From Eledone cirrhosa (taxonomy: Eukaryota), in the NCBI GenBank assembly GCA_964016885.1, contig OZ024746.1, positions 61,380,001 to 61,444,000 on the forward strand: a DNA stretch of 64,000 bases, written 5' to 3'. Below the pieces are notes generated by a model that saw only the letters and a list, made by a program, of their open reading frames with translations, did not search any database and had not been told where the DNA came from. Positions 1-12,325 of the stretch are shown here, piece by piece (the stretch's first letter is position 1; each line of letters begins with the position of its first letter). Made by a program: the position numbers and the translations under genes.

Positions 1-215
1 AGTCACTGTCAGATATTTGGGAGGTAGTTAGCAACAGTGTCTCATAGAATCTGTCTTTTATAGTGCCGGGCAGTCCGGATTGGGGTGCGTACGCAGATAT
101 TACTGTCACCGTAGTTCTATTGAGGACAAGTCGTATTTTAATTATTCTGTCGTTCACTCTATTTACGTCTATTATCTTATCTGCCCACTTTTCTGCTACC
201 ATGATTCCTACTCCA
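1..215 (-). mobile_element. RTE-clade LINE fragment, APE endonuclease region (runs off window start)
   Basis: Minus-strand translation [48 protein letters not shown] aligns by eye with GVGIFLAEKW...IISAYAPQAG of ORF 2603-3916. Confidence 0.85.
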
Positions 216-217
216 TG

Positions 218-266
<49 letters not shown>

Positions 267-345
267 CTATATATGTATATATATATATATATATATAGAT
301 ATACATATATATATATAGATATACATATATATATATAGATATACA

Positions 346-2030
346 TCGGACAGAACGTTTGGCGCCCCTGATGTCTTAGCGGCAATAAAGGAAATCAAGC
401 ATAATTCAGCAGTAGGTCCCGATAGGTTCCCTGCTTGTGTCTTGAAGGCGTATCAACACCAACTTGCATCGCCTCTTGCCAATCTGTGGCGGAACTCACT
501 GGATGCTGGATATGTGCCAGAAAACCTTCTATCCCAGTCTGTATTCCCAGTTTTCAAAAAAGGAAACAAATCCCTTGCCGTGAATTACCGTCCAATCTCA
601 CTCACCTCTCACATCATTAAGGTATTTGAGAGAGTGGTGAGATCGCGAATGACTCACTTCCTTCTGAGTAACAATATGCTGAACTCCAACCAGCATGGAT
701 TCCGTAATGGAAGGGATTGCCTGATGCAGCTACTGCATCACTTTGATGACATTTTGAGAGCCTTGGGAGAGGGTTCCAACACTGATATTATCTACCTTGA
801 TTTCAGCAAGGCCTTTGACAGGGTTAATCACAACATTCTACTGAGAAAGCTGTCCAATATTGGTGTCACTGGAAAGCTGCTGCAGTGGATCAAGAGCTTC
901 CTGTCAAACAGAACCCAACATGTTGTAGTCGAAGGAGTCAAATCCAGCCCAGCCAAAATCAGTATTGGGGTCCCACAAGGCACTGTGTTGGGCCCACTTC
1001 TCTTCATCATCTATATTAATGACATCACTGACATCATCAAACACAGCAACATTAGAATTTTCGCTGATGATTCCAAGCTCCAAAAGGTCATCAATGGCGT
1101 GGATGACCGGATAAGCCTTCAGTCAGGCCTACTGGCTGTTACCCAATGGGCGGAAAAGAACAACATGTTACTGAACGAAGCCAAATTCGAACTGATCCAC
1201 TTTGGAAAAGAGGATGCTCTGAAACTCCCGTACTCCCTTCCCTCCGGTGAAACTCTCGTGGCATCTAACAACATCAGAGACTTGGGAGTAACCGTGGACA
1301 GCAACATAAGCTGGGCCACACATATAAGCAGCAAAGTTGACATGGCCCGCAGAATGTGTTCCTGGATCCTCAGAACCTTCCAGTCGAGAGATTCCCACAC
1401 CATTATCCTTCTCTTCTCCACTTTTGCCCGACCACACCTTGAATACTGTTGTCCACTGTGGTCTCCCCACATGAAACAAAGTATCATGAAACTTGAAGCT
1501 CCCCAAAGAGCAATCACGAAAAAGATAGATGGCATGTCAGACCTTGACTACTGGGGTCGACTAGAAAAGCTGAAACTTTACTCACTTCAACGTCGCTGTG
1601 AGCGTTATATTATCTGCATGATGTGGAAAATGTTTCATCAGCACTGCCCAAATGATGTTGGCATCACCTTCAAAATACACCCAAGGCTTGGGCCCCGTGC
1701 TATCCGTCCCAAACAAAAATCTAAATCGCAACACATAACAACAATACGGCACAATTATTTCACCTCAATTGGCCCTGCTCTCTTCAACATCACACCAGGA
1801 CACGTCAAAACAGAAACTGACCACACAAAATTCAAGAAGTCTTTGGACAATTTCCTCCAAGTAATCCCGGACAAACCAGCCACACCCGGATATGTCTCCG
1901 CAAACAGTAATTCTTTTCTCGAATGGGGCATGGTGCCCAAATCCTGAGTTGAAAGACTTCGCCAGGTGGTGCTATTAAGTTAGACATGGCCTGGGCCAAT
2001 ACTGGCCAAAACATTTCTAAGTTATTCAAC
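346..2030 (+). mobile_element. 5'-truncated CR1-like LINE (family 1), bounded by TA-rich tracts
   Basis: Contains the RT ORF 442-1947 and a short 3' UTR with GGTGGTGC...CATGGCC plus a GGCCA/TGGCC stem-loop. Confidence 0.85.
442..1947 (+). CDS. Non-LTR reverse transcriptase, CR1-like ORF2 C-terminal part; open frame but 5'-truncated
   Basis: Motifs NYRPISLT, QHGFR, YLDFSKAFD, GVPQGTVLGPLLF, FADD, RDLGV, RPHLEYCCPLWSP and C-terminal IPDKP...NSNS. Confidence 0.9.
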   Translation: MKAYQHQLASPLANLWRNSLDAGYVPENLLSQSVFPVFKKGNKSLAVNYRPISLTSHIIKVFERVVRSRMTHFLLSNNMLNSNQHGFRNGRDCLMQLLHHFDDILRALGEGSNTDIIYLDFSKAFDRVNHNILLRKLSNIGVTGKLLQWIKSFLSNRTQHVVVEGVKSSPAKISIGVPQGTVLGPLLFIIYINDITDIIKHSNIRIFADDSKLQKVINGVDDRISLQSGLLAVTQWAEKNNMLLNEAKFELIHFGKEDALKLPYSLPSGETLVASNNIRDLGVTVDSNISWATHISSKVDMARRMCSWILRTFQSRDSHTIILLFSTFARPHLEYCCPLWSPHMKQSIMKLEAPQRAITKKIDGMSDLDYWGRLEKLKLYSLQRRCERYIICMMWKMFHQHCPNDVGITFKIHPRLGPRAIRPKQKSKSQHITTIRHNYFTSIGPALFNITPGHVKTETDHTKFKKSLDNFLQVIPDKPATPGYVSANSNSFLEWGMVPKS

Positions 2031-2410
2031 GTTATATAGATATACATATATATAGATATACATATACACTGACACCATCCACCACCACCACACTGGCACC
2101 ATCCACGACCATTCACCACCACCAACGCCATTACCAGTGTAAAGCAAACAATTATTATTATTGTTATTATATACAAGCTGAACTGGACTGGGAAAGGTCA
2201 ACAGTTGACATAATATTGATTTTGATTTTGTATTTGTATCAGTACTGTCGGTAATATATGTATATATATGTGTGTTTGTGAGTGGTGTGTGTGATTGTAT
2301 GCATGAATGAGTGTTGGTATGTGAGTGGCGTGTGTGTGGTTGTGGTTTGTATGCATGAGTGTTGGTGTGTTTGTGTGTGCGTCGTGTCAATGTTTTTTTT
2401 TTTTTTTTAT

Positions 2411-5400
2411 GACCATGCTGTAAAATGGAGGGGTAGAGAGGGCCCTTGAGTCTAGTAAGACATCCTCTCTAGTGCTGGTGGCACAAATAAAAGCACCCAG
2501 TCCATGCTGTAAAGTGGCGCTGGTGTTAGGAAGGGCATCCAACCAGTGTATCAATGCCAAAACTCTTATCAGCACAGCAACAAATAGGAACATCAACAAA
2601 ATATGAAGACGTCGCATCTCAGAGTTGCAACACTTAATGTTGGCACTCTCAGAGGTAGATCTGCTGAAATAGCGGAGATGCTGGAGAGAAGGCAGGTGGA
2701 TGTGTGCTGTGTGCAAGAGGTGAGATGGAGAGGTGCCTCTGCGAGACTAGTCGTAGGCAAGCGTCTTAGCTATAAGCTATTCTGGGTAGGTAAGGATGAT
2801 GGGCTAGGGGGAGTAGGCATTTTCCTGGCTGAGAAATGGATCAATAAGACAATAGAGGTAGTTCGAGTTAGTAATCGAATAATTAAGCTTAGATTAGTTG
2901 TAGGTAGGAGACTACTGACAATCATCTCGGCCTATGCTCCCCAAGCAGGCCTAGGCAAAGATGAGAAAGACTGCTTTTATGAGCAACTTTTGCAAACAAC
3001 CGCAATGACAGAGGACGGAGACATTGTTATGCTAGCAGGAGACTTCAATGGTCATGTTGGACAGCTCCAGGATAGTTACACTGGGGTACATGGTGGGCAC
3101 GGTTACGGTTCAAGAAATGAAGAAGGAGTGAGACTTCTTGAATTTTGTGATGCGGGTACATTGACTATTTGCAACACAAACTTCCAGAAACCTGCCAATC
3201 ACCTAATAACCTACAAATCTGGTGAGCACATAAGCCAGATTGACTTCCTGCTAGTTAGGCAGCGGGACAGGCAGATAGTGTCTAATACCAAGGCATACCC
3301 TGGGGAAGAATGTACCCCACAGCATAGGTTAGTTGTTAGTGATATCTCAGTAAGCAAGAGATGGAATGAGACATATAGGAAGGTGTGGAGAAGAAAGGTC
3401 TGGAAGCTAAAAGACCTTTCACTAAAATACAAATTTAGGAAAGCCCTTCAAGATGTATATGACGAAAAAGAAGGCGATTTAGAGACGTATGACATAGATA
3501 ATAACTGGAATTTCTTACGTGACAACTTGCTGCAGGCTACTGATGAAACCTGTGGCTGGAGCAGAGCTCCAACCAGACAGAGAGTGACCTGGTGGTGGAA
3601 CAGCACAGTAGATAAGGCTATTAGAGACAAAAGACTAGCATGGAAGGCTTGGAAAAAGGGTGGGAGTAGGGAAGAATATACAGCCACTAAGAGAGAAGCT
3701 AGACGTCAGGTGTACTTAGCACGCAGGGAGGCAGAGAGTAGGAGGTTTGCCAATGTTCTGCGACGGGAAGATCAGAGGCGTGCGGTGTTCCACATTGCAA
3801 GGCAGTGTGTCAATGCAAATCAGGATGTTGTTCGAGATAAATGTGTCCGGGATGATACCGGTGTACTTAGTGTCACGAATGATCAGAAAAAGGAGGCCTG
3901 GAAATGTCATTATTAGAGACTGATGAATGTGGAGAACGAATGGGAGAGAGAGAAATTACCCTTGGTGGATCCGACAGAGAGACCAACTATTGAGATTGAC
4001 GAATATAGGGTTCAAGAGGCGATTAGGGAAATGAAAAATGGTAAGGCTGCCGGACCATCGGGAATAGTTGCTGAGATGCTGAAGGCATCAGGGGACGTAG
4101 GCACTAAACTGGTTGCACGCATCATCAATCAGGCTATATATGGTGGTGTCATACCCAAAGACTGGTGCAGCAGTATTCTCATAAATTGCTACAAAGGTAA
4201 AGGGGATACTTTGGAGAGGAGCAATTATAGGGGTATAAAACTGATAGATCAGGTTATGAAAGTGGCAGAAAAGATTTTAGCACAACTAATTAGAGAAAGG
4301 GTCAAACTAGATGAGATGCAGTTTGGTTTTGTGCCTGGGAAGAGTACAACAGATGCCCTCTTCTTGGTGAGACAATTGCAAGAGAGGTTCTTAGAGAAGA
4401 ATAAGCCACTATACTTAGCCTTTGTTGACATAGAGGAGGCCTTTGATAGGGTACCCCGATCTGTCATCTGGTGGTCCCTAAGGAAGCTGGGTGTTGAGGA
4501 ATGGCTTGTGAGGACAGTGCAAACTTTGTACAGAGGTACTCTGTAAAGTCAGGGTAGGAATGGAGTTTAGTGAGGAATTCCAGATACAAGTAGGAGTACA
4601 TCAGGGTTCGGTCCTCAGCCCGCTCTTGTTCATTATAGTCCTCCAAGCCATAACAGAGGAGTTTAAGACTGGCTGTCCATGGGAACTTCTCTACGCTGAC
4701 GATCTGGTTCTTATAGCAGAATCAGTAGAGGAGCTAGAGAAATCTGGCTATGGAAACAGCAGTTGGAAGCAAGAGGACTGAGAGTGAATCTAGCTAAGAC
4801 AAAAGTGTTGATGAGTAGAAAAGAGGACAAAACCCTGATTCCGTCAGGGAAATGGCCATGTTCGATATGCAGAAAAGGAACTGGCATACATTCTATAAAA
4901 TGCACACAATGCAGATCCTGGGTACACAAGAGATGTAGCGGGATAGCAGGCAAACTAACAGGTAGGAAGAAATATGTATGCAGTAGATGTACAGGGAAAT
5001 TAGACAGTAGAAGTCGCACTGATAGACACATTTTTCAAATGCAAGAGGGCGCTATAAAAGTGGTGGATAGCTTCCGGTACCTAGGAGATCAGATTAGCAT
5101 GGGAGGAGGGTGTTCCGAGGCCATAGTATCTAGAATAAGGACGGGTTGGAAGAAGTTTAGGGAGCTGCTTCCTCTGTTGACGAAGAAGGGTTTCTCCCTG
5201 CGTACAAAAGGCCGGTTGTATGATGCCTGTGTGAGGAGCGCGATGCTGCATGATAGTGAGACATGGACAGCAACTGCAGAGGATATGCGACGGCTGGAGA
5301 GAAATGAGGCAAGCATGCTCCGTTGGATGTGCAGTGTAAATGTGCGTGAACGACCCAGCATAAATGTGTTGAGAGAGAAACTGTGTCTGAGAGGGATAGA

Positions 5401-5681
5401 ATGTAGTGTACGGGAGAGGAGACTCGGGTGGTATGGACATGTGATGCGCATGGAGGATGACCGATGGGTGAAGAAGTGCCAGGAATTGCCAGTTGAAGGA
5501 AGACGTGGTAGAGGTGGACCACAAAAAACATGGGCGGAGGTGGTGAGAACAGACCTCAGATCATTGAAGCTCACGGTGGAGATGACGAGGGACCGTGACG
5601 AGTGGAGAGATACTGTACTGAATAAGACCCGTCCCACCCTTGCGAGCAGGGAAAAGCTGACGTAAAATGATGATGATGATG
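2411..5681 (+). mobile_element. Near full-length RTE-clade LINE (family A) with 5' UTR, single APE+RT ORF and (TGA)n tail; inactivated
   Basis: The 5' UTR carries GGAAGGGCATCC (2529-2540). The 3' end reads GTCCCACCCTTGCGAGCAGGGAAAAGCTGACGTAAAA(TGA)n. The exact 5' boundary is approximate. Confidence 0.9.
2603..5665 (+). pseudogene. Disrupted RTE ORF: APE endonuclease + RT + PHD-type finger
   Basis: APE motifs TLNVGTL, CVQEVRW, GDFNGHVG, SQIDF, PQHRLV. RT motifs NYRGIKL, QFGFVPGKST, GVHQGSVLSPLLF, YADD, FRYLG, WYGHVMR. In-frame stop at 3914-3916 and frameshifts near 4540 and 4743. Confidence 0.92.
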
Positions 5682-5687
5682 TATATC

Positions 5688-5732
<45 letters not shown>

Positions 5733-5834
5733 GTATGGGTGCATAAAAGATGTAGTGGGATCACAGGTAAGCTAACTAAGAACACAGATTTTACATGTGG
5801 CCGGTGCTCTGGTGCAATAAGTAGCAGCAAGTGC
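5733..5834 (+). mobile_element. Short RTE fragment (PHD region) abutting the gap
   Basis: Translates WVHKRCSGITGKLTKNTDFTCGRCSG. Confidence 0.75.
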
Positions 5835-6034
5835 NNNNNNNNNNNNNNNNNNNNNNNNNNNNNNNNNNNNNNNNNNNNNNNNNNNNNNNNNNNNNNNNNN
5901 NNNNNNNNNNNNNNNNNNNNNNNNNNNNNNNNNNNNNNNNNNNNNNNNNNNNNNNNNNNNNNNNNNNNNNNNNNNNNNNNNNNNNNNNNNNNNNNNNNNN
6001 NNNNNNNNNNNNNNNNNNNNNNNNNNNNNNNNNN
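5835..6034. other. Assembly gap (200 N)
   Basis: Run of n. Confidence 1.
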
Positions 6035-6382
6035 TATAACACCTGCAACCCTGATGGTGTCCAATGATGTTGACTTGTTCTTCATTTTGGTAAATATCAC
6101 CTTGGTTAAGAGAGTGGGACTGGCTTTGTGCAGTGCCTTTGCTCACTATAAAAGCTTCACGGCACAGGCATTGCTTTATATCTGGAGATCTCTCTGCACT
6201 TGTCGTTACATGGTACCATGGGCCCAGCACTATGTGTCAATAATTGTCACAGGTGTAGTGTTTGTACCAGAGTTTTCAAGTCGCTGGCTGGACTAAAAAG
6301 TCACACTTGTTCAGTGCATCGGTAGGGGTTCTACATGGATATAAAGTAGTGGCCGTACTCGAAAACGAGTTGGCAGCCACCA
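6035..6382 (+). mobile_element. Partial copy of the ~600-bp non-autonomous RTE-derived element
   Basis: Near-identical to about 9178-9528. Confidence 0.85.
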
Positions 6383-6454
6383 TGTATATATATATGTATG
6401 TATATATGTATATATATGTATGTATATATGTATGTATATATATATATATGTATG

Positions 6455-6529
<75 letters not shown>

Positions 6530-6583
6530 GTATATATATATGTATGTATATGTATGTATATGTATGTATATGTATGTATATAT

Positions 6584-6617
<34 letters not shown>

Positions 6618-6798
6618 GTATATGTATGTATATGTATATATATATGTATGTATATGTATATATATATGTATATATATATGTATGTATATATATATGTATA
6701 TGTATGTATATGTATATGTATGTATATGTATATATATGTATATATATATATATATGTGTATATATATGTATATATATATATATATGTGTATATATATG

Positions 6799-6847
<49 letters not shown>

Positions 6848-6848
6848 G

Positions 6849-6881
<33 letters not shown>

Positions 6882-6986
6882 GTATATATATATGTATATA
6901 TATATATATGTATATATATATGTATATGTATATATATATGTATATATATATATATGTATATATATATGTATATGTATATATATATG

Positions 6987-7017
<31 letters not shown>

Positions 7018-7257
7018 GTATATATATATGTATATGTATATATATATGTATATATATATATATGTATATATATATGTATATGTATATATATATGTATATA
7101 TATATATATATGTATATATATATGTATGTATATATATATATGTATATATGTATGTATATATATATATATATGTATATATATATGTATGTATATATATATA
7201 TATATGTATATATATATGTATGTATATATATATATATATGTATATATATATGTATGT

Positions 7258-7298
<41 letters not shown>

Positions 7299-7374
7299 TG
7301 TATGTATATATATATATGTATGTATATATATATGTATGTATATATATATATGTATGTATATATATATATGTATG

Positions 7375-7409
<35 letters not shown>

Positions 7410-7487
7410 GTCTATATATATATATATGTATATATATATGTATATATATATATATTATATATATATGTATATGTATGTATATATATG

Positions 7488-7521
<34 letters not shown>

Positions 7522-7700
7522 TATATATATATATGTATATGTATATATATATGTATATATATATATGTATGTATATATATATATATATGTATATGTATGT
7601 ATATGTATGTATATATATATATATATATATGTATATGTATGTATATGTATGTATATGTATGTATATATATGTATATGTATGTATATGTATATATATATGT

Positions 7701-7732
<32 letters not shown>

Positions 7733-8183
7733 GTATATATATATGTATATGTATGTATATGTATGTATATGTATGTATATGTATGTATATGTATATATAT
7801 GTATATGTATGTATATGTATGTATATATATGTATGTATATGTATATATATATGTATATATATGTATATGTATATATATCTATATGTATGTATATATATAT
7901 CTGTATATGTATGTATATATATATGTATGTATGTATATATATATGTATGTATATATGTATGTATATATATATGTATGTATATATATATGTATGTATGTAT
8001 ATATATATGTATGTATATGTATATATATATGTATGTATATATATATGTATGTATATATATATGTATGTATATATATATGTATGTATATATATATGTATGT
8101 ATATATATATGTATGTATATATATATGTATATATATATGTATGTATATATATATGTATGTATATATGTATGTATGTATGTATG

Positions 8184-8276
<93 letters not shown>

Positions 8277-8375
8277 ATATATGTATGTATGTATGTATAT
8301 ATATGTATGTATGTATATATATATATATGTATGTATGTATGGATATATATATATATATATATGTACGTATGTATG

Positions 8376-8406
<31 letters not shown>

Positions 8407-8423
8407 ATATGTATGTATGTATG

Positions 8424-8486
<63 letters not shown>

Positions 8487-8537
8487 GTATATATATATAT
8501 ATATGTATGTATGTATATATATATGTATGTATGTATG

Positions 8538-8568
<31 letters not shown>

Positions 8569-8618
8569 ATATATATGTATGTATGTATGTATATATATAT
8601 ATATATATGTATGTATGT

Positions 8619-8649
<31 letters not shown>

Positions 8650-8670
8650 ATATATATGTATGTATGTATG

Positions 8671-8701
<31 letters not shown>

Positions 8702-8776
8702 GTATATATATATATGTATGTATGTATGTATATATATATGTATGTATGTATGTATGTATATATATATATATGTATG

Positions 8777-8827
<51 letters not shown>

Positions 8828-8950
8828 ATATATATGTATGTATGTATGTATATATATATATATATGTATGTATGTATATATATATGTATGTATATATGTA
8901 TGTATATATATATATATATACATACATATATATATATACATATATATATA
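6383..8950. repeat. (TA)n/(TATG)n compound microsatellite, ~2.6 kb
   Basis: Direct inspection. Confidence 0.98.
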
Positions 8951-9528
8951 TGTATCCCAGTACAACCTGTCTCATGGTCGGGTCATTAGCGACTAAACTG
9001 GCAACCCTACCAAGTTTTCTTGGTGACGAGGGTGACTTTGGAAATCCTGCAGGACTAAAAACAAAACCTGTCAAAGGGCAAAAGAGCTCTTAAGAGTCAA
9101 TGGCCATCCAAATTCACCGGGACAGATGACCCCTTAGCCTTTGTCAAGGCAGAATTCTAGGAGAAGGAAAACTCTGATATAACACCTGCAACCCTGATGG
9201 TGTCCAATGATGTTGACTTGTTCTTCATTTTGGTAAATATCACCTTGGTTAAGAGAGTGGGACTGGCTTTGTGCAGTGCCTTTGCTCACTATAAAAGCTT
9301 CACGGTGCAGGCATTGCTTTATATCTGGAGATCTCTCTGCACTTGTCATCACATGGTACCATGGGCCCAGCACTATGTGTCAATAATTGTCACAGGTGTA
9401 GTGTTTGTACCAGAGTTTTCAAGTCGCTGGCTGGACTAAAAAGTCACACTCGTTCAGCGCATCGGTAGGGGTTCTCCTACATGGATATAAAGTAGTGGCC
9501 GTACTCGAAAACGAGTTGGCAGCCACCA
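8951..9528 (+). mobile_element. Non-autonomous bipartite RTE-derived element (5'-UTR-like part + ORF 3' end encoding a C2H2 finger)
   Basis: Three copies in the window. GGAGAAGGAAAACTCTGAT motif recalled from RTE 5' UTRs. 9397-9468 encodes [23 protein letters not shown]. Terminal ACTCG-AAAA-CGAGT hairpin. Confidence 0.7.
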
Positions 9529-9530
9529 TG

Positions 9531-9562
<32 letters not shown>

Positions 9563-9576
9563 TGTATGTATATATA

Positions 9577-11160
9577 TACTCTTTTACTCTTTTACCTGTT
9601 TCAGCCATCCGGCTGAGGCCATGCTGGGGCACCGCCCTTGTTGCTACACATTTTATCTCCAGCCTGTATAGGTTGGCCACTGGTGTAGGAGGGAGTTTGT
9701 TGCTGCTGCCCTTAGGTTTCCCTCGTGTCTTGCTGTGGGCTCATCCGGGATCCTGGATAACAAGGTGTCGAGATGTTTCTTAAAGACATCCACCTCCACG
9801 TCATGCAAGTCTCTCAGATGCCTCGGCAGCCTGTTGAAGAGTTGAGGGCCCTTGAATCCCAGGCTATTGCAATACCTGCTCCTTATTCTAGATGTGGAAG
9901 ACGGGACCTTTGGCACCACACAGTGACGTCCTGTTTGACGGTTGCTCCAGCTCCCAATGCCAAAGTTTGGTGCTAGTCCCTCCAGGATTTTCCACATGTA
10001 GATCACTGCGTATCTCTCCCGTCTTCGCTCCAAGGAGTAGAGGTTCAGTTCCTTTAGCCTCTCCCAGTAGCTTGTCTCCCTCATCTTGGCAATCCTCTTG
10101 GTGTAGCTTCGCTGGATTGCCTCAAGCTCCGTGGTTAGTTTGACACTATGGGGTGACCACAACTGGGAGCAATAGTCCAGGCGGCTTAGGACAAAAGTCC
10201 TCCACAGTGTCAACATGGTGTCTCGATCTCTTGTCCGGAAAGTCCTCAAGATCCAGCCAGCGAGTCGTCTGCCTGTTGTCGCCACTTTCATGATGTGTGA
10301 AGAAAAAGATGCATCATCGCTCATGTCTATGCCCAGGTCTCGTATCGATTTTGACACGGGCATATCGGTCCCTCCTGGTCCTGTGTACCTGTGTTCCACT
10401 ATATTTGTGTTTGCAGGTTTGTATTGTAGGGCTTGGAATTTGCCAGCATTAAACTGCATGTTGTTTTCTTCCGCCCATCTGTATATGGCATCCAGATCCT
10501 GCTGTAAAAGGGCAGCGTCAGCCGGGTTTTTGATTGCCTGTGCGACCTTAGTGTCATCAGCATAGCTAGTGAGGGATGTTGTTGCATGCACCACAGAGGG
10601 CATGTCCGAGAGAGCCACCAAAAACAGTAGTGGTCCCAGGACTCCCCTGGGGCACCCCACTTGTTATCGGTGTTTCCCTCGAGAGGGCCCCATTTGCTGC
10701 GACTGCCTGGCTTCTGTCCCTTAGGAAGCCATGCAGCCACTCACCTACTTTTCCAGTTATGCCGAGTCCGTGTAGTTTGTGACATATCATTCCGTGGTCG
10801 ACCTTGTCAAAGGCCTTCGCAAAGTCAAGATATATCACGTCCACATGTGAGCTGTCTAGTAGTTGTCTCAGTACCCAGTCGTAGTGATGTAGCAGCTGTG
10901 TAGGGCAGCTTCTTCCTGGGCGGAAGCCATGTTGCGTGCTAGTCAGGCGGTCATTTTCTTAAAGGAAAGTGATTAGTTTCTATCTGACGACTCGCTCCAT
11001 GACCTTACTGATATGCGACGTCAGGGAGACTGGCCTATAGTTCTTGGCCTCCGCTCTACTACCTCCTTTATGGATAGGGCATATTGTGCCTTCTTTCAGC
11101 TCCCTGGGTAGTACACCGCTAGCCAAGGAGCTTCTGAAGAGCATCTTCAGTGGAGTTGCA
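9577..11160 (-). mobile_element. 5'-truncated CR1-like LINE (family 2), frameshifted RT
   Basis: Minus-strand YLDFAKAFDKVDH, GVPQG/VLGPLLF split by a frameshift, YADD, RDLGI, SRLDYCSQLWSP. Tail GGCGGTGCCCCAGCATGGCC...GAAACAGG(TAAAAGAG)n. Confidence 0.9.
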
Positions 11161-11203
11161 TATATGTATGTATATATATATATGTATATATATATGTATG
11201 TAT

Positions 11204-11253
11204 ATCATCATCATCATCGTTTAACGTCCATATTCCATGCTTGCATGGGTTTG
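11204..11253 (-). mobile_element. Very short RTE 3'-tail insertion
   Basis: Reverse complement AAACCCATGCAAGCATGGAATATGGACGTTAAAC(GAT)n. Confidence 0.7.
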
Positions 11254-11287
<34 letters not shown>

Positions 11288-11384
11288 GTATATGTATGTA
11301 TATATGTATGTATATATATATATATATGTATATGTATGTATATATATATATATATGTATATATATGTATGTATATATATATATG

Positions 11385-11416
<32 letters not shown>

Positions 11417-11492
11417 TGTATGTATGTATATGTATATATATGTATGTATATATATATATATATGTATATATATGTATGTATATATATATATG

Positions 11493-11524
<32 letters not shown>

Positions 11525-11572
11525 TGTATGTATGTATATGTATATATATGTATGTATATATATATATATATG

Positions 11573-11603
<31 letters not shown>

Positions 11604-11626
11604 GTATATATATATATATATATATG

Positions 11627-12233
11627 TCAGGTCACCAGTTGGTGCTACTGGTAACATGTATTCCAGTACAACCTGTCCCATGGTCGGGTCGTTGGCGACT
11701 AAACTGGCAACCCCACCAAGGTTTCTTGGTGAGGAGGGTGACTTTGGACATCCTGCAGGACTAAAAACAAAACCTGTCAAAAGGCAAAGGAGCTCTTAAG
11801 AGTCAATGGCCATCCAAAATCACCGGGAGAGATGACCCCTTAGCCTTTGTCAAGGCAGAATTCTAAGAGAAGGAAAACTCTGATATAACACCTGCAACCC
11901 TGATGGTATCCAATGATGTTGACTTGTTCTTCTTTTTGGTAAATATCATCTTGGTTAAGAGAGTGGGACTGGCTTTGTGCAGTGCCTTTGCTCACTATAA
12001 AAGCTTCACAGCACAGGCATTGCTTTATATCTGAAGATCTCTCTACACTTGTCGTCACATGGTACCAAGGGCCCAACACTATGTGTCAATAATTGTCACA
12101 GGTGTAGTGTTTGTACCAGAGTTTTCAAGTCGCTGGCTGGACTAAAAGTCACACTTGTTTAGCGCATCGGTAGGGGTTCTCCTACATGGATATAAGGTAG
12201 TGGCCGTACTCGAAAACGAGTTGGCAGCCACCA
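11627..12233 (+). mobile_element. Longest copy of the bipartite RTE-derived element
   Basis: Aligns end-to-end with 8951-9528 with scattered substitutions and about 30 extra 5' bases. Confidence 0.8.
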
Positions 12234-12325
12234 TATATATATATATATATGTATGTATGTATGTATATGTATGTATATGTATGTATGTATGTATATGTAT
12301 GTATGTATATATATATTTATATGTA

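Noticed and set aside
6262-9093. Long Y/I/M/C/V-rich ORFs (also at 13.1, 16.7, 27.4, 56.5, 60.3 and 62.6 kb)
   Set aside because: They are translations of stop-poor TA/TG microsatellites, open in several frames at once; not genes.
11627-11745. HDV-like or twister ribozyme at the 5' end of the bipartite element
   Set aside because: Partial matches exist (CCAGT/ACTGG, CTAA, GTCCC, GAGGG), but I could not build a consistent P1/P3/L3 or a twister P2.
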